Shown here in pieces: positions 1 through 12,280 of a DNA stretch of 64,000 nt. Position 1 is the first letter of the stretch. Each line of letters opens with the position of its first letter. The notes under the pieces were generated by a model, which saw nothing but the letters and a program-made list of their open reading frames with translations, searched no databases and was not told where the DNA came from. Position numbers and translations under genes: made by a program. Source of the stretch: Strigamia acuminata (Eukaryota); assembly GCA_949358305.1 (NCBI GenBank), contig OX442314.1, positions 18,662,001 to 18,726,000 of the forward strand, read 5' to 3'.

Positions 1-3000
1 CCACTAAAACTCTAATAAATTTTTCAACATTTACATAGCAATTACCATAGTGCACAAACTTTCACATGACCACATATGTTCAGATTAAAATCAAGATTAT
101 GTGTGTGTGGTCCTGTTGTTGATGAGTTGACAGTATTGTGTTCCATGACATCTACTTTTTATATTTGCTCTTGTCCAATTAATATTTTGTATATAATTAA
201 TGCTCAGCTGAAAATATCCCATGCTAGGAGCAAAGACCAGGACATAAAACGTCAGCTCAGTATTAATTGAAATAGGGTACCGGTATTCGTATGAACCATT
301 CTTGTGGCAATAAAGTGAGACACAATTTAAGAAACAACAGACCCATATACTTTTTCTTGATCCCAGTTTGTTCCTAAGGCCATTTTTGAACTCCCTCTGA
401 ACACCCTCCAATATGCTTAAGGTTAGAATACAAAACTAAAAGTGGGTGGTCTTAGACACTAATTTTTCTCTTACATTAAACTGTGAAATAGTTTCATACC
501 AAGAGATTAAAATCTATTCAAAATATTTTAAATTAATTAAAAAATAAGTTGTTTATTGTTTTTTTTTTCAAAAACTTGTTTACGTTTGTGAAATGTGGGG
601 AAAAAATAAACTTGAACAAATTATTTTTTGTAATTAAAATTTGCTTTATACCGATTTGCATCGAGATTATATTTTAATTTCATTATTTTTTTCGAGTCTT
701 AAATAAACGTTGTTAGAGGGAGGTTTTCTTCACCGCCCTTCACCAAGGGAGGTCGACCAAACATAAATTTTTTTTAACAAACAAGTAAACCAGTTGAAAG
801 TTGTAAAACAATTAAATGAAACTGTAAGGAATGTTCATCCCATATACAAGCCGAAAACACAATAAATATAATTATACATACATAAATAAACGTTGAAAAA
901 AAAAATAATAATAAATGTTGCCTCGAAAAGGTGTTAAAATATATTTGAAAAATTGAAAAACATAATTTAAAGTCGCACCTAAGTGAAAACATCCTATTAT
1001 AACTACAAAAAAGTTGTGTAACTTCAAAAAAATGCAAAACATGCAGGAAAAAAAAATATTTCAAGGTAATGATCACAGAAAATGCATTCAAGTTATCATA
1101 AACTGCACGTAATATTTAAGCAGAACTTTGGAGAAAAAAAAGCAAATTAAGAATCAAAACATTTTTACTGCACAAGAGACACATATAAAAAAAAACATCA
1201 AAATTACAATATTAATCAAATTTATATTCAATTGAATTTTATTGCATTTCATGTTAATAATACCGGTATACTTGATACTTTTTCTTTAGACCAAGGCCAA
1301 CAAGAGAAGGAAGAATGTTTCATCCGCTTAAATCTAATATCAAAGTACAAGGCCCAAGCAGAAAAGTATTAACAAATGTCCAACTATATTTATTTTCTAC
1401 CAAGTGGCCAAATTAGGTTACCTTATTTGATGTGTAATTTTACCGGTGGGAGAGTTCAAACTCATAAAAACGAACTTCATTAAGATTCATTCCACACTTT
1501 TAATCTTAAGTTGTGTCCTCCGAGAAACGGAATTTAAAAAATTTTAAAAAAATTAAAAAAAATAAAGAAAAGACCATCCAGTAGCCATGTCAACTTGTTT
1601 CACGGTCTGCCCACTCTTGGGTGTGGTTTTAGTTGGCATATCACATGGTTATTTGATACTCTGCAATTTGCTCTGGCTGTCCCTCAATGTTGAGAGGGGG
1701 GAAATTAGGTAATATAAAAATTAAAACTACTAATTATAAAATTATCTATGTCATTTTATACTTTTTTAAACCCTCGTTTCACACGACAAAAAAATCGTTG
1801 CTATTTGTACTTACATCCTATTACACGATGTCTGATTCCCATCATCTATACATTTGTAATTATATGGAATCACATATCTTACTAAGAATTTTATGTATCC
1901 ACCAAGGGTGGGCTCCTTTATGTCTGTACACAGTTAATTCACGAAAAAAGTGTGGAACTACCTTCATTGGTTTTGATTGTACATTCAGCATTTTGTCCCT
2001 TCTTTTCTGGCTGTTACTATTGTTTATAATATGTCAACGGACCTTTCTGTTAGTCACAATAAACTATTTAGCATTGCTAATGAGAAAGTGACATGTTAAA
2101 GGGGGCCGTTATCGTGCTTTAACGACTTTCCTTAACTATTTATCGCTATTTGTTGTCAATCTCAATGAGTTTTCTGCTTGAGCTATTGACAAATCTTCCT
2201 TTTAAAGAATGCAATTAGTCGGCTTCCCCGCAGTGATCTGTCTTGGTGATGTTCAAACGTTTGCTCCAACAAATTTCTAATATTGTTTTGTTTTCTCATA
2301 GTTACATATGCTCCAATTAAATTATTTAGAAAATTTGACTAGCATTTGAAAACGTCCGCCACGCCAACAACAACAATACTTCACCTTTGGCCCTCTCACA
2401 TTACACATTTTTAATGCACAACAGCAGACTGTTAAGTCAATTTTCTCCCAACCCTCAGCCAGCCATCAAAAGCCAAAATCTCGACGTCAAATTCGAAAAT
2501 AACACTTATTATATTTGAACTTTCATTTTAATCCAAATATTAATTTTTCTAATCTAATCTCCGTTTTACAAAGCTTTTCATACAGGAAATCACGTCCGAA
2601 AATAACCCGGTGATGAAACGGTTAAAAACAATAAAATTGCGAATATAAACATAAGTTGATATGAGTACTGGCAGTGTGATAATGATTTATGATAGGCCGC
2701 ATTTGACACTTCATGTTTTCTCCTCTGAGTCCATTGACTTAAACATCTCATATGAATCAAGGTTAAATTAATGTTTTATGTTGTGATAAATTAATTACAA
2801 TCAAGTAAAAATACGGGCTGGAGCGAAAAAAAAACTGAATAAATAAAAATTAGGAAAAAATTGCGTCGAGTTATTTACGACCAATCTATTTGACCTAAAT
2901 CAACCTTTTGGAATTATCGGGTGTTCAAAGATGACAATGAAAAATGATTGCAGATCGGTCGAAAATCTAATTTACTACATTTTATTTCACCAAAAAACCT

Positions 3001-3760
3001 CATTGATTTCAATGACCGATCGTAAATGTGTTAGAATAGTTTATTAAAATGCTTTGGGAACATCTGGAATCTTTCATTAAGGTCCATTGGACCCAAAACG
3101 TTCGTTTTTTCGACAAAGTGAATATCTGTCTCGTTTCAAATTTTCAAAAAGAAAAATATTTTTAAAAAATGCAAATTTTCGAATTTTTCCAAAAAAAATA
3201 ATTCTAAATTACAATCTGTTAAGGTTTTAATATTTTCCTTTTGCCTTTTTTACCCTATGAAAATAGCAATAATCGAGAACAAATTGATCAATCACAAATA
3301 CACAAAGTTGGCGAAACGTATCTATTTATTACCTTGTGGTGTGAGTGTCACACGAGTACTTACACCCCACATCTTACAAACCTCAAAACAAATAAGAAAC
3401 AAGTTCCTACTCACATTCCAGGCTGTAAACTTGCTCCAGTAAATGATGAAACAATACCAATTATACGTGGTTGCTGTAAACTCGCGTCGAACATCAAACA
3501 CACGATCGAGAAGATGAAAAACATATTTTTGATATCAATTTTTTCTTTTGAAATTGTTTTTAAATCACTAAAAATTTAAGTATCAAATGAAGTTGAAGCG
3601 CACAGAAAAATCCATTTCAAATCCAAAAATAAAATAAAAAAAACTCTTTGAAAAAAAAAAGAATTAACAGATATGAGTTAAGTTATCAAAATCGAAGTTT
3701 CAAGAGTTCAGAAGAATCCAGAAGTGATTAGAATGAGTGTTCACTTCCACTGCAACTCAC

Positions 3761-3841
3761 CAACTCAATTCCTGCCCTTGGTGTATGACGTTGAGCTGCA
3801 CGATTCCACTCACCCCTGAGCCAACAGGTGGACTCAGCCAT
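3761..3841 (-). CDS. Possible first coding exon of a gene extending leftward out of the window (MAESTCWLRGEWNRAAQRHTPRAGIEL)
   Basis: ATG in a good context (cataATGG), 27 open codons ending at a GTGAGT donor, inside a GC-richer island. A second GTGAGT donor lies near 3813. No homology recognised. Confidence 0.3.
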
Positions 3842-5204
3842 TATGGGGGTTAAACACTGCCAAAAGGAAAACAGGGGGTCTTCCAGCAGTGTATGGGGTA
3901 TGCTAAGGTGATTACGAGGAAATAGAGGAACAAATGGGAGTCCGCTTTCTGTAGTTGGGACTTAAAGGGAACACAAAATTTCACGTTTTGCGAGTCTCTA
4001 TGCTTACTTTAGAAAGAAAAAATTAAAAATTTTGAAAATTTTGAAAATTTTTTTTAAAAATATTTTAAATTTACAAACTTTCTACTATTTCACTCACATT
4101 TTAATTTTTTTCAAAAATCTACATAAATCCTTTACGAAAAAAAAAAACGTTAAGTTAAAAAAAAAACACCGTAATTCAATTGACTTCACGGATATCTAGT
4201 GTTAAAGAGATAGGAAAGAGAAAAGACATCCTGGAAATGTCATTAAACCACACAAAAAGGAGATAAAAACATGGCGGGTTTTTATAAAGAGAGAATATAA
4301 AAAGAAATTCATTGCGATATAAAAATGTGTCATATATTTATGAAATAATTTATGAACAATCTAATTTGATATAGATGTATATATTTCTTAATTTCTATAT
4401 ATGGCCGGGTAATAAAATGTGGAGTAATTAAACCCTGGGAGTGAGACGAAATAATAACCTTTAATCTTTTATCAGATATTTCAAGTTCCCTATCTGAAGA
4501 TTAAAAGCAGGTGTAAAGATCTCCTACAGGGTGACATCAAGGAATGGGCGTCGACCAAGTTGGGTTATGAAACGTGACGGTAAAACAAGGAAACGAACTA
4601 TAAAAAAATATTAAAAAACAAAAAAAAGAATGCTGACATCAAAAGAGAAGAGTCCAACGCAAAAAAGACAGAAAAAAAGCCGTTGATGACAATGACAGTA
4701 TCCATTACTTAATGGGATTTTGGATTGAGTCGATGATTAAATTATTCAAATTGTTGTTAATTAACAAATTCATTAAACAACATTCCTCAAACAAGTGCAA
4801 GTAAGCAACCCATTAATTAATTAATAATTCTAATTACTTAGAATGAAAGTCTTATGCAAGATTTTCTTGTTTTTTAAATTTTATCGAATAGAAAGCACTC
4901 GAAAATATCAGAAAATTAAAATCTTGGGAAATTACACAAAACTCTTTTCACTTCCTTTAAAAAAGGGGATTTATTCATTCAACAAGATCCTTGTTGACTC
5001 CTTTAAGCACTTCCTTAAGTGTGAATAAGAAGAAGAAGCAACTCCTGAAAGGAAATTCAAGTGTGATACAAAGTGATAAGAAAATGGGAGAAGTTTGATT
5101 AAAAAGTGTTGGTTTTAATGGCTCCTGTTCGAGGAAACATTTGCTTCCCGGGTTGAAACGTACACGCACAACATGATCTTCGTTGTTTAAGACAACAAAA
5201 CGAC

Positions 5205-5370
5205 CAGGGGCGGATTGCAGACAAATATCAACCAGGGCGTTGTGTAAATAAATGTCCAAAAAACATACCAAAACCACCCCTGCTGGCCCTTTTTTTGCAT
5301 TATAAATGAGCCCACCACTGCATCGGCCACAGGGGCTTACCCCAACGCCAGACGGGCCAATCCGACCCTG
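5205..5370. mobile_element. Short hAT-like MITE relic
   Basis: Terminal inverted repeat CAGGGGCGGATTG / CAATCCGACCCTG (1 mismatch) with internal GGCCC motifs. No intact 8-bp TSD is visible. Confidence 0.5.
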
Positions 5371-6370
5371 GAAACATTATTTCATTACATTTTTATCGTG
5401 AAACATTCAATACTTTGAATTATTCAGTCATCGTTGGTCAAGAAGTTTAAATTTTATCATTTTTTTTTTCTAGTATTGCTCAAATTCCACAAATATTTCA
5501 TTTTCTACAAGTGTCAAGGTTATTTTCAAATTTGGATGAATTTCATTAATCAATTCTGCAAAATTCCACAAATGCCAAAAATAGACAAACACGTACCGTA
5601 TAAGCTATTTTTTTTTTTTTTTTTTGAGAAAAAGTGAAACGAGTTATAGAATTGAAAGAGCAAAAAAGAAGTCAAAACAGAACGAAAAGCTGAGGGTGGC
5701 GACTAAAAATAAAAATGTTTTGTAAAAATACAAAGTGATAGCTTTGTTGGGGATAACACAGATCAAGAAAGATGAAAAAAAGGAGGACAACATGGGCTGT
5801 AAATTTGTAACTGGGATGATTAAAGAGGAGTGGCAACATGAAAAAAAAGTTTCAGAAATGCAAGATGGCTGTTCAGGTTTAAGAATGTTGAGAAAATTCC
5901 CAAAAAACACAAAAAAAATAAATAAACAAAAAAAAAAATTTGCCCAAACCAGCCAGTATACTTGAAATGCACCAATCATAAGACCATCAGCAAGATGACA
6001 AGTTGCTATAAACAAATTTTCATCAAACACTAACAAGTCTAACAAGTTGAAAGGGGATAAGTGAATCTATTGCAACACTTACCAAACTTATCTGACACCC
6101 ACAGAAAAAGGTGGTGTGCTCTCTCGCCTCCTTCCTTACAATCTGTCTTTACAATTTGCTTTTTATTTCCATTTCAAACGCTCAATTTCCATCTAAGAAT
6201 ACTTTCGTTTAAAATATATCAAGAGCATTATCTCAACAAAAAAAAGTATGCCATCAAAGAGTACTCACAAATTAAAGCAAAGTTTTATAGACTGGTAAAC
6301 CCTTATCAGATAAAACACACTCTAAACAACCCCTACAAGTTTTTCAACTTAACCCGCATTCTGACTGCCT

Positions 6371-6392
<22 letters not shown>
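6371..6392. repeat. (CT)n microsatellite
   Basis: Direct reading of the tctctc run. Confidence 0.9.
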
Positions 6393-6401
<9 letters not shown>

Positions 6402-9019
6402 TCCCCTTCCCGCCTGTTTAAAAATGAAGGAAGATGAATTCAGTTCATTTACTCGAGCAGAACTTATGCTTAAAACACAAAGCGGCCATTTCTTTTAAAT
6501 AGGTTCACTCATTACCGAAACATTTGTTATTTTACCCAGGAAGTGATTATTCTATTAAGTAAGAACAAGAGTGAGTATGATATGCTCCTATTTAAATTCT
6601 TTGTGGTAATTTCTAATTTCATGGTTATTAGTGTTAGCATTTTATTTCAGACTGTCGCGAAGCACTGGGAATAAAGGATTAACACTTGTAAAAACGAACT
6701 GATTTCCTAACTATAACGAATAAATAAATAAATAAATTCACTAACAAGTTCTAGGTAAACATTTTTGTAAACAAAAACTAAAAACCAAATTCTAAAAAGT
6801 TCACGATTCCATTTCCTAAAAAAAAAAAAAAAAAACTTTTAATTCCATGAGCGTTGTAATCTAAGATTCGACCACATTAATGTACTCCTTCTTTTTCTTC
6901 TTTCGTGACATTTTCCACAAGTTCATTAAAACCACACATCAAAATACTTACAACGATACAAAGAGGGTAAACTTTTAAAAGCTCGGATAAGGTTAATGAG
7001 AAAAAAAAAATCTACACGAGGTAAGTTGTACTAAATTCGAATTGTATCATTAAGAAAATAACTCTTAAAAAAATGACAAATATCTTTGTTAAAATCGTGA
7101 GAACTAATAAACGTTATAAACCTCAACAAAAACCATAAAATTTTTTAAAAAAATTCAATTTATTACAAGGGTACACCTTAAATTTTTCATAATATTATTC
7201 AAATTGCTGTTTACTTTCGAGACTGAGATAAAATAACAAGATAAAGACACAATTCACACATCAACCTCTACTTTATTCAGATCGGGACTACGATTAAGCA
7301 GTGTTTGCTTCAACGCAACATAAGTTACGAAATGTTATGTGTATATCAATACATGGACAAGAAAACAAAGCAGAACTTGTAAATTTTATCACGTCCACTC
7401 ATTTCATTTCTAATGCGTGTCCTTAAACCTTTAGTCACACTTGTCATCTTCACAATACCATGTGAAATGAACAAAAGATTTTTTTTTCTATGTCATTGGA
7501 TTCAATTTTTCATTGATGCCTATCTAATGCTCATACTTCTTTTATGTTCACTTGTCACTGCTAGCGCAGTTTACATTAGCCAGTGTTATGTGTCGGCTTC
7601 TTTTTTCCATATCCAAGTCTGAGATCGCAAAGATAAATTTTTAATGAGATGCTATGCCTTTTTCAAATTTTTTTTTATGCTCGACACTGCATCAAAGTCA
7701 CCTGAGTATACAAATTCCAGAAATAGATACATACCGGTACCCCATAAGTTGAAAAAAAAATTAATTGCAAATATGCCAATAACTCCAATCCGTCCGCACG
7801 TACTTTGCATCCACCCTTCCCCATATCCAATTATACACCCCTCCCATTTGAACCTGGTAATTTAAATGTCATGAAATCATTTTGAAAAATTTGAACTCAG
7901 TTTATGATTAAATGCTATGCTGAAGCAACTCCGCTAATGTATAACGGTCTAGAGCTACGCTGTGTGTGTTACGCTATATTCTAATATGGGCACAACTAGG
8001 CGCCCAGTTGATCGGTACATCCAAAATAAAAATAAAAATGAAGGAATTGACTTAATTTAACATTTTTGGACTGAAAAACTGATCATCCGATGAGCGGGTT
8101 TGCTAGTTTTGTGCTTATTTTTGGTTTTATTTTATTGATATCAATTGGTGGGCCCCAATGGGGGTTCACAGTACATTTTCTCGGATTTCAATATAAACAA
8201 TGTGTTTCTACGAACAAGGTCCGTAATGCGCCATTGTTGCATTGAATCGAATTAGAATTGATCATAAATATTCTTCTAACCTATCGGGATAAAATGTTAT
8301 TGGAAACTAGTGAAACTCTCCTCATCTGTTCTCAGTATTTACAGGAAGACCTACCTTGAACTTTCTCACTTTTCATATAAACAAAAAAAAACAATTGAAT
8401 GCAAGGTTGAGACTTTGAGAGCAGAGGTCAAGGGAGTTAAGAAGCAATATCAGGGAATAAGTGTGAAATGCTAAATAATTATTATCATTTTGAGCATTCA
8501 CAAGCGGATCGAATGGGCGTCTTCTTAGCTCCACGCTTCACAAAATGAAAAGATGTGATGGCTATAATCAAAAAGCTGGAAAATGATAAAATCCAAAGGT
8601 GTAATCACCTCGGAAAAAAATTCATACCGATATCAAAGATTTCTTCACGCTTGTGTCATTTTTCAACACCTCAAACACACGAACCGTCAATTTTAAATTA
8701 AGAGGATACTGCAATACGCTAAGAATAGAAGTTCGTTTTCACACATCGTATGGAAAAATACAAATGACAAACCAAATTAAATGAAATTTTGCAACTCACC
8801 ACTATCGTGTCATGTATTTTTATTATTTCCTAGGATCACGTAGGAATCTAGGAGGGCTAGGTATCATGACGTAATAAAGTCTCACCCCGTGATCTCACCT
8901 CCACCACTAGATGTCCCTGTCTGTTACCAGCTTACTTGTGAAAAATAATTTAGAAAACAATAAAATGGTTATTTTATTCATTGTTTTGACTTGTGATAGT
9001 GCATCACACAACAATATCG

Positions 9020-11928
9020 ATGAGAAACAATTATGTGGAAGACTTACATAATAATATAATACATTCAAAATTTTATGGTAGTTGGAATATAATACATTTG
9101 AAGTTACAATGCGATTCGTACAAATAAATACAGAGTTATATAAATCTACATACGACAGCATTTTTAAATATGACTGTGGACCCGATTTTGTTTTCAAACG
9201 TGCTTCAGTTTTTAAGATAATGATAAAAGAACAGGTGGCACTTTCCTGCGTAATTTGGACTTATTTTAAAAGATTATTTTTCGGTATTCTAGGGAGTGAG
9301 ATTTTGGTTTCGATTCTGGTTAACGTTTTGCTTTAATCCTGGCTGCAGTGAACTTAAAGGGGTGTGTTAACTGAACTTTAATACGTTTTTTATGTACATT
9401 TTTCTTCTAGGTTTTTTTTTATTTATTATTAATGAAATTTTTCAGATACAAGATCAATGGCCTGGTCTTTCAAGCCGCGCCAACATTCATATCCACAAAC
9501 ATTTTTTGCAAGGTTTGCTATAAAAAATTTATAAAAAATTGAACAAGTTTTAAAGATGAATATATTTGAACACAGGTTCAGTTGAGGACGCAACGAAGTA
9601 CTCGTTAGACAAAGCAATTAAAAGTCTTACACTATCGCCAGATCTATCAAACAAAAGTGAATTACATCAACAATATTAGAAAGACATTACAGTCTTTTCA
9701 TCTTGCCATTTGGAAATTTATCCATTCCAGAACAAAAATATTCGAAGCAACAATTTGGAGTTTCAGTAAACGCTCACCATAAACCATCAGTAATTAATCT
9801 TACAAAGCTGCCAAATAATAACAAGACAACTTTAAATACAAGTACATTTAATAAACAGTAAAAAAAAAATTTGAACTTATAAAGTTTTATGAACAAATTG
9901 TTTTAGAAACAAATAGAATGTTCTTTCTAAGCGTACCAAAATCATCACACATGAACCTCAAAAAAACAACATTAAGTATGTGCATAATGAAATGAATATA
10001 TATTATTTAGTGTAGTACGGCGGAGCTTATGCAACACGCCAGTAATGCAAAACGACAAGCTGAAGTTTTGTTATTTCTCCAACAGCTGCGAGAAAAATAC
10101 CGACAGCATATCGTTTTGCATTATCTTATCGGGATGTTGTAGAAACTCCTAATGATTAGAATACATTATTGGCAACATCTTTTTAGGAGGCAAACCATCT
10201 TCAGACAAAACAGGAAGATCGAAATATTTACGTAAAAGTCGGCATTGCCTAAAGGGTGACTAAATGAATCGTTTTTTAAATAATTATATAACAAAAATTC
10301 TTGATTAATTTTAGAGCAAAAAGTCTCTTCTCGAATAACTAAAAATTTGGATACATTGAACAGTAAGGTTTGAATATGTTATGTGTACGAGCAATCAAGT
10401 AGTAAATAATGAAAACCCATGAATTTTTTTTACAGGAAAACACAAAAACTCGTCTGTTATCAATAAAAACAGCAATTCTGATACATCAAGCAACAGTCCA
10501 AACAAATGTAATGGTGTACATAATATTCATAAATTATTCTGCTTCTTACATTAAATTTAAAATGTTAACTGGAATTATTAGATGTTAAAATATCGACAAG
10601 AAACTCTTCAGGTAATCGTTAATTTCCTTGTTATTTCGATTTATCAATACCCAATACTATTAGGGAAATCTAAAACACCACTGAAGATGGATATTACAGA
10701 CACACACAGTAAGTTAAATCACAATAAAACTAATAATATGCCAATAATAGCTCATACCTTATCAACAGACTACACGAATCAATTCTTTGACAGAGAAATC
10801 AAATGTCAAGAAATGACAGTGAATAACATTTTCCCTCAAAGTAATTATTTGTCTCCAAACAGACGCACAGACCGATAAATTAAATTCTAAATTGCATTTT
10901 CTTTTTGTTGTAGATGAATCTCCTAAAAATACACAGGAGCTTCGAGATTTAGTATATATTTCTGAAATTTGTTATGTATCTGCATACAAACCTATAGAAT
11001 TGTCTTGTTTTTATAGTTGCAAGAATGTACTGAAATGGCATTTGGTGCTGCACTGTGTGTAATCTTCTACAAGTGGTTGGTTGCTAGAGAAATGGATGTT
11101 AAGACCAAACGTTATTGGACAATTCCTAAGGAATATTTCAACCCAAAGTTCATACCAGAAACACTAGAGGATTGTATTGTCGAGTACTGGGATACAAAAT
11201 TACCCTTTTTGCTTGGTGTAGTAAAAAAACAAATTCCATGGTTGGCAAATTACTCGGAGACACCTCGACCACCCAATGGGGATAACGTTGACAGAAGCGC
11301 CTTCTCTGTGTGGACACACGATTCAATTAAATTTCTGAAAAAATACACTTACGAAAAGCGCCAGCAGATTCTTCATAAACGTAGCAACAATTCTAAAAAA
11401 AGTGCAAAATGCGTAGACAAAAATCAACCAGAAACTGTGTTACCAAGTATAAAAAAACGCAAAAGCAAAGTTGACCTAAAAGTCACTTTTCGAGAAGAAA
11501 ATGTAGACTTCAGAAAGAGATGTTTTTATTGCAATAAGGAATTTAATAGTGTAAAACCTATGAAGAAATGTAAACAGTACGTACCATATTCAACTAATTA
11601 GTTTCTAAAAGGAATTGAAAATACCTAAATTTACAGCTGTATTGCTGAAAAATGGCATGTCCCAAGACACTATTGCAGTAACATATGTAAACGTAAGTGT
11701 CCTTCATTTAAACGCATTCATAAAGTAATTTAAACTGAGCAGCATTTATACTGCTTTTTAAACTGCTTGTCTGGCGGCCAATTTAGTCTTGTTTTCATTT
11801 AAACATGAATGCCACCTCCAGTACTTACTTTGATTTATTACATCATTTTTTTATGTATTTTTTTTCCAGTTGAACATTGGTTTACAGAACATAGTCAAGA
11901 ACATTGTTCAATCTTTTTTTGGGAATAA
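9020..11928 (+). CDS. Uncharacterised multi-exon protein with C-terminal MYND-like zinc finger (paralog A); start uncertain
   Basis: Exons encode ...CGPDFVFKRASVFKIMIKEQ | GVRFWFRFWLTFCFNPGC | IQDQWPGLSSRANIHIHKHFLQ ... EMAFGAALCVIFYKWL ... CFYC..KKCKQ|C..RHYCSNICK|LEHWFTEHSQEHC. Exon-by-exon similarity to the gene at 43307-45232. Confidence 0.75.
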
Positions 11929-12280
11929 TTTGCGGTGATGAGATATCACAATTGGTAATTGGTCTTGGTTGTTTTTCTGTTCTATCAAAATTCACAAATA
12001 ATAAATTATAAATAATGAATTACAAAAATTAACAAAATAAAGATTTTTAAACTTAAAACGTTTTTTTTTTTCCTCTTGAAAACAATAAACTATTTACTTG
12101 AAGCATTGTGCCCCCAACTGGTTTGTTTATAATCCTACAGATGTATTTTTATTTCAACTTTTTAACTAAGTTGGTGTTTGCAAGAATGTTTTTGCTCATC
12201 ATTTACACACGGGCTGCGGGGGTCCAGACAACCGGCAGGTACGGGATACCACAAAGGGGCACCCAACAGTGCGCCACCTA

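Noticed and set aside
1399..1470. A-box/B-box-like motifs (TGGCCAAATTAGG, AGTTCAAACTC) suggesting a tRNA or SINE
   Set aside because: No cloverleaf stems can be formed; at most a highly decayed SINE head
2668..2690. TGGCAGTGTG resembling the miR-34 5' end
   Set aside because: Similarity stops after 10 nt and there is no hairpin partner
76..8000. Numerous 60-145 aa ORFs in the six-frame track
   Set aside because: F/L/I/K-rich translations of AT-rich non-coding DNA with no motifs or consistent splice structure
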